Shown piece by piece: positions 25,134-37,418 of a DNA stretch of 64,000 nt. This DNA is from Dipteris shenzhenensis. Taxonomy: Eukaryota. The notes beneath the pieces were generated by a model, which did not search any database, had not been told where the DNA came from, and worked only from the letters and a program-made list of their open reading frames with translations. Both the position numbers and the translations under genes were made by a program. The stretch lies in assembly GCA_047967505.1 (NCBI GenBank), contig CM106538.1. The stretch is one strand, 5' to 3'. Positions within the stretch are counted from its first letter, which is position 1; each line of letters opens with the position of its first letter.

Positions 25134-26536
25134 TCATAGACAGTCTGAAGGGGAGGTCCGACCACTGGTGTTATAGGAGGCCTAGGGCCACTGATGTGAG
25201 AATCGAGGAGTGGGTGGTGCGTGGATACTGCATAGAGGGCACAATGCGAACCAGATGCATATCATAGAATGAAAGTGGAACCACGTACACCAGTCCACCT
25301 CAGAGATGGAGCAGAGATCACTTATCCAAGATAGCAATACAACGGCAAGCTCGTAGCTCCAGCCTCTCCCTCTCTCCCTCTCAAACTCTGTACAATGACA
25401 ATTGAACCCCCATCCCCTCATCTCCCCTCTTCACGCTTACCTTTTCCTCACGGGAAATCCCCTTCCCTCCTCCTATTGCCTGTCCCCTCATCCTTAGCCA
25501 TCTTGCTGTTCCATCTCTTTATGTCTTCTACAACGGCCAGCTTCTGTCGAGTCGGTGTGTCGTAACTACTCCATGCCGCCTGTACACCACCTTGCCTTTG
25601 ACAAGGAGCTTGACTGGAGGATAAAGCATGTGTGCTACCTATTAGTGTAACAGTAAGGAGGTGGACTGAGTGAAATGAAGGACCTTGACGCACGGTCATG
25701 TGCTTGGGTGATAAGTGACCATGTCCTCTGTGTGACCATGTCATCCATGTGACTATGTCACATGGCATGTCATCTATGTGGCCATCCTCGTCACCATGCC
25801 CATTGTGTGACCGGGACAACGAGGTGATCGTGTCCGTCGGCCACTAGATGGTCTTGGATGATCTCTGTATCCTACAACAGTCATGTTGACTGATCACAAC
25901 GTAATACGTATGCATTATTGCATGTAGACATGTTCATACCTTTTTGAGGGCAAGAAGAAGATCTATGGTAGAATGAGCTTATTTTGCATTAAGTTCTCTT
26001 GTAACACAAACGTATCAATTAAACTGCATGTTATGATACTATGGTAGAATGATCAGTCAAGGAGATCAATTCCAAGTATTTACATCTTGAATAAGCGTGT
26101 CTCTTACAAGGGATGTAGACTTGATCTTGAGAAGTATAATGCATCTAAGCTCCTTTTTTGTTTTGTCACCGTACATGATTAGAAATTTCTCATGAACAGG
26201 AGCATAAATCTTGGTGAGGGAAAAGGAATCTGTTAAGTTGTCCCATAACACAAACCTGCTACTTGAGTTCCATGTTATGGTGCTATGTGTATAAATGTTA
26301 ATGAGATTACATTAGCACAGATGGGAATTAGTAGGCTTGAAATTTGAATTGGGGACATATACAAGTAGTATATTAATGACTCCTTAATCCAGTCCATGCT
26401 TTAAAACTGTCATTGAATGAAGCACGACCTTTATAGTAAGATATTTTGTAAATTGTTTCCCATACTCTATCGAAAATGGTTCATTGCTTATGAAGAAAGT
26501 AAAATATAAATTATTTTCTTCCCAAATTCTTCACAG

Positions 26537-26748
26537 GCAACATCAGTTTTTTGAGCAGCAGAGACAACAGCTGAGGTCTCAACCATCAGGACAGGACACA
26601 GCCAAGATAGACACAATTAAGATTGACAGGCTTTCTCAGCAAAAGAAAAATGCTTGCTCACTAGACATTGCCAGCTTGAAAAATCTTTCTCGGCTCGCAC
26701 CATGTGCTGTTGGTGGACAGAGTGAGAATATTGACAGTCTAGCTTCAG
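26537..26748 (+). CDS. HEIP1: internal exon of a HEIP1/REDIC1 (C12orf40)-like meiotic crossover gene; the locus is probably a pseudogene
   Basis: Acceptor ttcttcacag, donor G|gtatga, 212 nt open (phase 2 to 1): (R)QHQFFEQQRQQ...SLDIASLKNLS matches the recalled RQKQYFEQRR..SLDILSLLNLS motif pair; AT-rich intronic flanks. Confidence 0.72.
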
Positions 26749-26939
26749 GTATGATGGATCAATACAGTTATATATTCTTGAGAAATATAGTTTGTTAACT
26801 TTTTGATGGATGCAGTATTTAAGTGACATGGTTTCTATAGGCTACTTTGTCAAAACTATGCTTTTACTCCTACCTATGACAGTCAGATAGACAACTTGAA
26901 GTTGGAATGAAGTAGAAATCACTTAATTTTATGCTTGTC

Positions 26940-28064
26940 TAGTTTTCTAATTGCTTTTTTTAGTCTGGGCATTTTCTTCTCCTTTCAAACTCTGCTCATT
27001 CATGCATTTGTCTGCATCCACAAATTCAAGTTGTCTTATGCCTCAAGTGCTTCATCATCTTCGATGGCATCCCAAACATTCTCCTTCATGAGAAGGAGTT
27101 GTACTTTTGTTTGCCATGTAGGGAATCCGTCCCCCTTGAATTTGTCCACAAGAAGAGAGTTGGTGGAAAGTGCACCCATAAAGCTGGCAGCTAGGAGAGA
27201 GAAGAGTGATGGATAGAATGAAGGGCATAGGCGAGCTGAGGGAGAAATGGAGGGCTGAGGAAGAAAAGGGAAAAAATAATGCACAAAGGAAGAAATGGGA
27301 GAAATGGCGGGTACAATGGAGATGTAGGAGAGGAAGGAATGGCAGGCAGAACAGCAGTGAATAGAGAAGAGGAGCGGGCAAGCTGTACGGGCAGAGAGTA
27401 TGGGCAAGCTGTACGGCACAACAGTCCTTGCTGTTGTACGGCTGTCTGTACTGCTGGTACGGATAGAGAAGCGGGCAGAAATGACTGGCTTGCTGCTTGC
27501 TGCGAGCTGAGCACTAGGCCAAGAGAACGGCGCCTAGGAGCGAAGCACGGGGCTGCCACGAAAGGAGCTGAGCTGCCTCACACCATTGGAGTTGCCACGA
27601 GCCTTGAGTTGAGTTGCCATTGTTAGTGAGGCTCAGGGTGGAGGGAGTAGAGCTCAAGATGGAATTGGAGAAGCCATTCCTCCAAGGGGAATGAGGGAGA
27701 GAGGCTTCAATGTCCTCAATCTCTTACCTCAACCTCTTGGAAGATAGTCTAGCTCTGATACCATATGAAGATGCAAGACATGGAATGAAATGGAAAGTCA
27801 AAGCAAGACTAAAAAAGCATAAAGGAAATGAAATAATGAAAGAAATATACAACCAAGCAAAGTACTTACATGATCAAGAAAGGCATAAGGCTTGATGATT
27901 ATAACAATGAAATTACAATGCCTTTATAGGGTAGGCGCACACACTCTAAGTGTCAAATGTATATGGGATGAGTCCCATAGCGGCACGTGGCACTCTAGGA
28001 TATAAAGTAGTATAGTACCCTAGAATACACTAAAAGTCACTCAAATGGACTCCATTTCCTAACA
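26940..28064 (-). mobile_element. Ty1/copia 5' end: LTR 27766-28064, PBS 27752-27763, leader, gag start (ATG 27179)
   Basis: TG..CA LTR; TGGTATCAGAGC (tRNA-iMet); VDKFKGDGFPTWQTKVQLLLMKENVWDAIE is a copia gag N-terminus. Confidence 0.9.
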
Positions 28065-28499
28065 ATAGTCTCACAGGCCATCTCATGGTGGTCAAGGATA
28101 AATCTATGGCTAGGATCTCATGCTAGCAAAGGTGCCCAAGGGTGAAGGTTTACAAAATGGGATGGACTCCCCCAAATGGCTTTCTTCCTTGCATGTACAA
28201 GGATTGATCTTAGACCTTTGTGTGGACCGAGTTTCTCATGTCTGCAAGAGGTACCATGGAGGCAAACACATATCGCATGGCCTAAATCATATGGTGACCA
28301 GAGGTGATTTACAAAAGACAAAACACAAAACACAAAACTTATGGAGTACTACTCCAGGCAGAGAACCTCAAAATTGACCAAGTGATGATAAAAAAAGCTG
28401 AAAAGATAAAGTCTTTATTTTCTTCTAAGATAGTCTTTATTTTCTTCTACCACAAAGTTTGTGACTTCATTTGCTGATGGAGTCCTCTCTTCAACTATA

Positions 28500-28960
28500 T
28501 TTGCTTTGTTGTTGATGTAGCCCTTCTTCACAAGATATGCTTCACTTTCCTTGTAGTTCTCTCCTTTTCCAAAAGAGAAGCTTCGATACCCACCAAGTTG
28601 GATGTAAAAGTGTTGCTATACTCTCCATCTATAAAGCTTTTGAGTAAAACTTGTGCACTAAATGCCTTTTCAAGTTGCACCCAAACTTCATGTGAAGTCT
28701 CACACCCATCAATGTGATGAATGTATGAGTCACTAAGTCCCAATGCTATGATTGCAAGGGCCTTTTCATATTGGACTATCCGCTATACTTCCCTTGGCTT
28801 CTTTTCTTTACCGTTTGCCACATTCCATATCCCTTTTTCCATAATGGTGAACTTCTTGTTCTCCACAATCTTCTTGAAGTGTCCAAGATTTATCTTGATA
28901 CCATAACATATTATCTTGATCATATCACATCCAAGCTTATCACTTACAATCTTTTTAGAC
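28500..28960 (-). pseudogene. old copia gag relic
   Basis: EKGIWNVANGKEKKP..KALAIIALGLSDSYIHHIDGCETSHEVWVQLEKAF (UBN2/Retrotran_gag_2-like). Confidence 0.75.
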
Positions 28961-29177
28961 ATCAAGGTTAGGGTAGAGCACCCAATGAAAAATGATGATC
29001 TTCTATATATGTCACTATGAACAAGTAAGTACCTTTGCACAACTCCTTCACCTTGTGAAAACATGATATTGAGTAGGTCTTACCACTTGATATGTGGCAG
29101 TGTCTAAACTCTTACAACCAGTATCTCTCAACACAAGTCACCAATCTCCAAAATGATGACTATTCCTTTGCAAATGG

Positions 29178-32100
29178 TGTTGGAACTGTGGGGAGACACG
29201 AAGTGGATAAAGAACACGAGAGTGTAGTCCACACACAAAGCTCCACTGAATAGTTCAACAATGGAAGTACAAGACTTGGGATATATATGAAACCCAAGTA
29301 TAAAGTGAAAACCCTAGACTAGAATAACTTAGACCAAGTCTAGCCTACAATACCATATCATTGTATGTCCTATCAAATCCCCCCTCAACGGTATGGCTGA
29401 AGTACTCTGGGAACTCCTCATAAGTACCTAGGGTCCCTAAGGTACAATGGTTACACAAATTCATCCTACAGGATATAGCAACCTATGGGAGTATTACAAG
29501 AAAAACAATGTCATTTTACAACCCCCCTTGACATTGTTGTAGTAATGTCTCTGATTCCCAAGCCTGTTCGATGATGTACAAACACTTTTGTTGACAGGCT
29601 CTTAGTGAAGATATCTGCTACATTGTCCTCAGATGGACAATAGATGAGGCTAATGATGCCATTTGCTATACAATCCTGTATAAAGTGATAGTGATTTTCC
29701 ACATGTTTCATGCGAGCATGAAAAACAGGATTGTTACCAATCTTTATGCAACTCTGACTGTCACATAAGATAGAGGTGGCCTGATCATCTTGTGAATGAT
29801 GCAAGTCATAAAGTAGCTTCCTTAGCCATATGCATTTTGTAGTAGCTGCATTTGCTGCCTTATACTCCGCTTCACTTGAAGAAAGAGAGACCCTGGCTTG
29901 CTTCTTACGTAACCAAGATATGCATGCGGAACCCAAAGAGAAACAGTAGCCAGAAATGGATTTTCTATCATCAATGTCCCCTGACCAATCAGAATCTGTG
30001 AAGCCACATAGATCAAGATCACAAGCATTGGTATAATGCATCCCAAGAGTAATAGTGCCATCCACATATCTGAGAACACGCTTGGCGGCATTCCAATGAG
30101 TGATAGTGGGACAATGCATAAGCTGACTCAATACTCCTACAGCATAAGCAATATCAGGCCTTGTGGAACACAAATAGATAAGACTCCCCACCAACTGTCT
30201 ATACAAAGTGCCATCAAACTTTTTAACCTTATCATACTTAGACAGTTTGAGACCCTTCTCAAGAGGTGTAGCTGCAGGCTTACTATTCTCCATGTGAAAT
30301 CTCTGTAATATACTCCTGGCATACTTAGTTTGGGACATGAAAATACCATCTTGAGTTTGCCAAAACTCAATGCCCAAACAATAGTGCAGTAAACCCAAGT
30401 CTGTCATATCAAATGACCGAGACAAAGCTGATTTTACTGATGCAATATTTCCCTCATCACTGCCAGTAAGCATGATATCATCCACATAAAGAATAAGAAT
30501 GATGATTTCTGATTTTTCTTGAAGCACATAGAGATTTGGCTCAGTATGAGTGCTAACAAAGCCCTATGATAACAAGAACTGATGGATTTTATGGTACCAA
30601 GCCCGAGGTGCTTCTTTCAGCCCATATAAAGCTCTGCGAAGCTTGCATACCTTTTGTTCCTGTCCCTTAACCACAAAACCTTGGGGCTGCTGCACATAGA
30701 CCTCTTCCTTTAGGTCTCCATTTAAGAAGGCTTTCTTCACATCCATCTGATATGAACAGGCCAACCGTAACTTGCAGCAAGAGAAATGACAGTCCGAATG
30801 GTTGTCATCTTGGCTACAGGAGCAAAAGTCTCCTCACAGTCAATTCCTTTCTCCTGACTATATCCCTTGGTAACTAAACGGGCTTTATGTTTCTCAACTG
30901 TGCCATCAGAATGATATTTCAACTTATAAATCCACTTGGTGCCAACTACATTCTTCCCAACAGGGAGATCAACCAATTCCCAAGTGGCATTCTTTTCAAT
31001 GGACTGAATTTGAGATTTCATAGCATCTTCCCATAATGGGTGTCCCTGAGCATCCTCAAAACACTGAGGTTCAATTTCAGCTTCCATAACTGTGCTCATC
31101 AAGGCATAATTGACCTGATTTTGTGCTTGCCTTGTACTAGACCTTGTTCTCCCCAACACAGGCTGATTTTGTGCATCCTGAATGGTAGCCCGAGCCCATC
31201 TAGGAAGGGGCTGACTAGCTGCAGCAGGCTGAGACTGGATCTGCAAATTTTACCCTCCTCCTTTCACAGACAATAGGCTGATTTTCATTGACTGATTTCT
31301 GAACTGAAATTTCAGAAGTGCTACCTTCATCAGTATGGTGAATTTCTCCAAATGTAGTGGAGGAAGAACTTGATGTGTTAGACACATGTGATGGTATATC
31401 TTCTGACTCAAAATGAACAATAGCCAAAGGTGTAGTTTCCTCAATGGGCATATGTAAATCATTAGGCATAATGCACGCTACATTGCTGCATCCATGTATC
31501 TGATTATGTTGACTACAAAGTTGTACTTCTACACCCATAGATTCCACAGCCACCCTCATGCTTCTAGCACCTAGTGTTTTAGACCTTGTTCTTTGTATAG
31601 CATAAGCACGACAGGCCGCCCGCATTGAATCCAACAATCTTCTCCTATGAGAACGTATTGAATGTAGCCTCTCTTCTATTCGTCTTGCCATCTTCTGTAT
31701 CCACATCAACCAACTACGTAAAGATCTATTCCTCAAAGGGAAAATAGCTTAATCAAATAACTCATGCATCATCCCTAACCATGACAAAATTGATGGATCT
31801 CAACCAATGTGCCCTAAGGAAGAAAATAATTTACAAAAGCAAGAAGCAAGGTTAATTAGAAAAGCCATCCTTTTTCCATTTATCTAAAATTGAGAGTTGA
31901 CCATCTATGCATTGAACTCGCCAAAATTCTCAGAAAGAGACATGATTGCACTTCACAAGTAACCTGAAAATAAAATGCAAATATAGATAGCAAATCTGCC
32001 CCAAAGGTGTTGTCACAAAGCACAATTCCCTTCTGGAATCACAAGGCAAAATGGGCAATAGTATTTGCTCTGTAAGTATTCTCAACTTTCAGCCCAACAA

Positions 32101-33056
32101 AGGCTCGATAAGCATCAACCAAAGGTATAAAATCTGAAGCAAATGTTTGCTTGAAAGGCATCCAATGATAGCATTCACTGTGCCAACCTTTGGCTCCATA
32201 TGCATCCGATAATTTGCCCCCAATTCTGATTTTTTTCTGCTGCGTGTAAAATATCACAAGAAAAGTGATCTCCCAGTCCAAAATAGCTTCAAGATGACTC
32301 CAGAAAGAAGTCGACCAGATTTTGGGAGCTGAAACAGTCCAAAATCAGCAACAAAACTACCAGGAATGAGGTGGCCCAGCCTAGATGGTCCTCTTGGAGA
32401 AATGCGAACTGAAAATAGGCTGGAAACTGATGAAAAACAGCAAGGAAATGCCAGATCTGAAGTTGTCCAGGCACAGGATGCTCCAAGAAGCAGTTCGAGC
32501 TGATGTAGGGGCTGGAAACTGACAAAATCAGCAGCAAAAGTGCCCAGAATGAGGTCGCCCAGCCCAGATGGAGCTCCTGAAGATAGGCGACTGGAAAAAA
32601 GTGCTGTAAATCAGCAAGTGGAGCTGATTTTGAGGATGTTTGGCTGCGAAAGATCCCAAAAACAGCAAGTCTGTAGTCGCCTAGGTCCAGCAGTGGCCCT
32701 GGTGAAGGTGCCCAGCTACAGGAGACAAGCTGCTACAGGCAAAAACGAGCTGGCTGGACTGATTTCTTCGCAATAGAAGTGACTCTTCGCAAGAGAACTG
32801 AAACCCGGGAGTGGTAGAAGCACGGGAAGCAATGCGGGAACCAAGCTCTGATACCAATTGTTGGAACTGTGGGGAGACATGAAGTTGATAAAGAACACGA
32901 GAGTGTAGTCCACACACAAAGCTCCACTGAATAGTTCAACAATAGAAGTACAAGACTTGGGATATATATGAAACCCAAGTATAAAGTGAAAACCCTAGAC
33001 TAGAATAACTTAGACCAAGTCTAGCCTACAATACCATACCATTGTATGTTCTATCA
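29178..33056 (-). mobile_element. Ty1/copia with both LTRs but lacking recognisable gag/PR/IN
   Basis: 198-bp LTRs 29178-29375 and 32859-33056 (5 differences counted); PBS 32845-32856; PPT 29376-29388; TSD aatgg/aatag. Confidence 0.95.
29511..31246 (-). pseudogene. copia RT-RNase H, frameshifted
   Basis: [55 protein letters not shown]. Confidence 0.95.
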
Positions 33057-33346
33057 AATAGCACTCAAACATAGACAATGTAAACATCATCACCATAAAT
33101 GACAAGTATTATGACACTTGTGGAGTGCGAGTTTTTTTTGGCTATCTTACTTCTGCTAGCACCTAGCTTGCATCTCAATACTTTCTTGCTCTCTTCCGAA
33201 GAATCCAGATTGGTTTGATAATTATATGCAGCCGAGCTGGCTGCCTTTTCCATGAAAAAGACTTCTATTAAGTAAGAACAAAAACCCGCGAGAGCAAGCT
33301 CAAGGCGGAATACATCATGAAATCATGAGGATAAATAAAAAATCCC

Positions 33347-36300
33347 TCAGAGTGAGGTGGAAAGAAGCCAAGGCTGAGGCTGAAAGTGCCATCTCAACCC
33401 TGTAGTAGATTCAGAGAAGAAAGGAGAATCCTTCCATTCCCTGAAGAAAGAAGCCCTCCTAGCTGAGGCTGCACGGGAGTCCCCCTGCATACCCGTCCAT
33501 ACGGCCATCAGAGTATGTACGATGTCTGTCCAGATACTAGCCAATGTGTGCGAGGGATGAACCTGAGTACCCTCCATAGCCTCTGTGCATCTGGCTTTCC
33601 AGATATGCCAGGCTGCTATGCTCGCTAGAATCTCCCAAGAAGTATCCACAGAGGCATGTACAGCTGTAAAAGGACGGTGTGGTACCACATCCAACGAACA
33701 GAACTCAACCCGATGACGTCGAACCGAAATGGCTCGAGAGGAGTCAACTCCCTCATAGAAAACCTGAGGTCCTGTAAGAGAAAGCCAAGCCACCGAGCCC
33801 CAAGTCATAAAAAGTGGGGAATGGGCAAAGTGACTGAAGATCCTGGCTATCCCCATCCAAATCAATCTCGCCTGTCTGCAATCCCATAAGCAATGCTGAA
33901 TAGACTCCGAAGCAGAAAGGCAACGAGGGCAAGTAGGGTCGGCTCCGAATCTGGACCTCCAAAGGTTCACTGCAATCCCTCCATGGATAGAAAGCCAAAA
34001 GAAGATAGTGATCTTTCTATTCCTGTGGGATTTCCAGAGCCTCCTCCAGAAGTACCTCTGCTGATCCGCAGTAATACCAAAAGTCTCCCAATGAGGAACT
34101 CTGGAGGGTCTCCAACCTCTACTACTGAGCTGAAATCTCTTGGCATTATCGACCGTGTAACGAAAGAAGGGGATGCTCTTCTCTCGATGCCCCGCGTCAA
34201 TCCACTCCCACTCTCCGAGGTCCCACTGTAAATACCTGATGGGAACTCCTCCATAGAGCCAGAGCCTCCAAGACCCGGTGGAGAGTAGCTGGGGGTCAGG
34301 GTCTAAGAATCACTCTGAATCTGATCCCTGCATCAAAAGACCTACAACCCTGATAGGTTGAAAAGCAGACTCAAGCAAGATGTCCTCTGTGGACCTGAGC
34401 AATCTGCCACCATCCTGGACACTAAAAACCAAAGCATCCTCCTGTGCATCTCGGAAAGCTAAGACCTGAAGCGGAACCCCGCCTCTCGAGAAAGTACCTG
34501 CCCAAGTGGAGGAAGTGAGTGGCATATCATCTGTGTCTATCCAAGCCTCTGGAAGGGCTGCCTCAATTTGCAAGATCCTCCCTGCACTCCCTCTGAGATG
34601 TCCTGTCAACCTTGATTTGGTTTCCTCTGGAAGCCTACGGAAAGCTTTCCAAGATCCCAAAGAAGAAGCAGGTCCCCTCTCCCACCTGGCCCACTGCATG
34701 TAGAGTGAGGCACCCAATGGCCTGCCAAGATCATCTAAAATACTGTCGTTCCACATGATGGGCTGCCTATTAATCTCTTCCCGGGAGGAAGGAGGAATCC
34801 TCCGAAGAGAGCTTCTGAAACTGGCCCAAGCTTTCAGAATGGCAACCATGAGAGGGGACGAAGGTGACCTGAGGTGTGCTGTGGTGAAGATCCATCTAAC
34901 ACTGCTCATCCAGTCTCCTCCTGAGGAAGGTGTGCACCTCTGTATGCTGCTGATAAGAAAGTCCTTCCACGGTTCCTGTCCTGGCATAAGTCCTCGCACC
35001 ACCATCTTGCAAAGTAAAGCTCTGCACTGTAAATCTGGATCAATAATGCATGGTAGAAATACCCAAGCCGACCTGGCAGCCCAAATACCTGATAGGCACA
35101 CCCCTCTGAACCCAAGTGAACCCTATGTCAAGCCCCCAAACTGGAGTGTCCTCATCACTGATCCAAAAGCCATTGGATTTATGCCAATTTATCTGCGCCC
35201 CTGCCGCCAAGCAAAATAAATCCAATGCTGTCCTGAAAGAAGTGAGTGTCTGTGGAGAGGCATCCAAATAAATCGCTGTGTCGTCAGCCAACTCACTGTC
35301 AAGTAGCTCCTCTTCTCTTCTGATGGGAAGTCTCAGCCCAAAGATGTCAGCTTGAGATCTAACATAGATACTCATAGCTTCGGCCACGAACAAAAAAAGG
35401 AAAGGAGCAAGGGGGCATCCCTGATGGACTGATCTCGAAATCTGAAATCTCTCACCCCTTACCCCACCAATAAGTACCTGGCTATGGGCTGATCTGTACA
35501 AAGAGGAAACACCTCTGATCCAAACATCAGTGAATCCAAAGCAAAGAAGGGTGCCCTCCAAAAAACTCCAATCTACTCTGTCATAAGCTTTTTCAAAATC
35601 CAATAGTAGAATGGCAAGATTCTGGCCACTCTGCATGGCCCACTCTGAAGCTTCCCAGAAAGAAAAAATGTTATCAAAAATACTTCTGCCATGCACAAAA
35701 CCCGTCTGAGTGTCATGAATAAGATCAGGGAGAAGTGGCTGCAATCGGAGCCTGATAGCCTTGGCCAGAATCTTGTAACAAGTCCCAAGAAGTGTGATAG
35801 GCCTCCACTGGGACAATAAATTTCTGCTACCTCCTTTTGGGATAAGGTGGATGAGACCCTCTGTAAGCGACCCAGGCATCTCGCCAGAGTCCCAGATGGC
35901 CTGCATGGCTGAAGTAATATAGTCTCCAATCATATCCCAAAATGCAATGAAAAAAGACGGGGTGAGGCCATCTAAACCTGGGCACTTGCCCTTGTGAAGG
36001 GCTGAAAGTGCAGTCCTGAACTCTGTGTTGGTAAAAGGTGCGTCGAGTAGAACATGCATATCCGGATTCACCAACACAGGGATACTCTGCCAAATAGCCT
36101 ATCTAGCATCCTCTCTATCGTGTGTCTCTGGATCAGCAGTAAGGAGGGTGGCATAGAAATCTGAAGCTATCCGTAAGACGTCATCAGGCTCTGTCTGTAA
36201 AACCCCATGTGAGTCAATAAGCTGGGATACACTCTCTCTACTATGTCTAGGGCCAAGAGTAGAGAAAAAGTGTTTATTGACTCTACCACCCATCTGAATC

Positions 36301-37418
36301 CAGAAGGACTCCCGTGCATGAAAGGCATACTCTGCTCTCTGATCAAGCAATAACTGCAGATGAGCCCTTGCTGCAGCAAGGCGCTCCTGAATCCAAGCAT
36401 CTGAAGGCCGTTTCTGCTCTTCCCTCTGGAAAGCTGCCAACTGCTGGCGAACACCAATCTCATGTCTGAGAATATCTCGTCTCCTGGTACAAGCAACTGA
36501 GCAGTAAAAGTCGCTAATACCAGAAAGGGCAGCGGCTACATGTGATGGATGTGGCTGCCCACCCTGGACATGAGCAAACCATATTTGTAGGGCTGCCTCT
36601 GTAAGGTCCTCCTCTGTGTAAAAGGCATCTGGAATCCTGATGCTGGTAGACCGGTCTCTCAAGTGAGGCTCTGAGATAGCCAGCACAACAGGGAAGTGAT
36701 CTGAAGTGGAAACCCCCGCAGCAATGCATACCGATCCACCTCTGTCTAGTGCCCAGTCATCTACATAAAATCTGTCAATGCGTGCATGAATAGGCATCTG
36801 TTGCCTCCTGTTCGACCAAGAGAACAGGAGGGACTGTGGCTGAATAAGAAAGGCATCATCACACCAAGTATCTCTGCCACAGAAATGGAAAAGGAAGGCA
36901 TCCCAAGCTGCTCTCTCCAAAGAGTGAAGTCCGCCTTCTCTACCCCCTTTTTTGTCTGACGGTAACTCGACCATGTTAAAGTCACCTCCAATCACCCATG
37001 AATCCACAATGGGGGCCCAGGAGAGCAAGGTCTTCCACATAAGGACACGTTCCCCTCTAATGTTGGAGGCATATAGGTTAAGGAAGCCAACCTTACACCC
37101 TCCAATCAAAAGAATAATCCACTGAGCTCTAGAGGGGATAATGACTCCGTGCCCAACAACTAAGGGGAGAACCGCCGACTGCGAAACTGAAATAGAAGTG
37201 CCTCCCCTGGTGCCCAAGGCAGGCGACCAAAAAGTATGGCCAGAAAGCAACTTGCCTGACTTGGCACAATCTCTATAATCCAGCTTGTGCTCTTGAATAA
37301 ATAATATATCAATGGAACCCCCAGTAACACCTAGATGAAGCTGATCTCGGATCAGCTGTCTACGGCGGCGATGTGGGACGCTACCTAGGCCCTGTATGTT
37401 CCAACTGATAATCCTCAT
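33347..37418 (-). pseudogene. LINE A ORF2 (APE endonuclease, RT, zf-RVT), disrupted
   Basis: MRIISWNIQGL, QEHK, GDFN, RIDRF, SDH; WRPITL, DFEKAYD, QGCPL, LADD; stop at 36099; ~290-bp deletion near 35055 versus B. Confidence 0.94.

Larger units (their letters stand above)
22197..25876 (-). mobile_element. Ty3/gypsy (non-chromovirus-like) 5' part: LTR ~25136-25876, PBS, decayed gag; split by LINE C
   Basis: gag motifs HVRKF..FLHIFPSSLKDAA..NQFPPNHFQT continue across the LINE as ADLKEEFL..GESISEMY; 36-bp tandem repeat in the Ser/Pro-rich gag N-terminus (24340-24440). Confidence 0.75.

Noticed and set aside
33065-33253. Minus-strand ORF that extends across the excised LINEs (MPLNFAKLSALEKAASS..)
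   Set aside because: No splice signals or recognisable motif; the plus-strand exon model has both splice sites and matching phase
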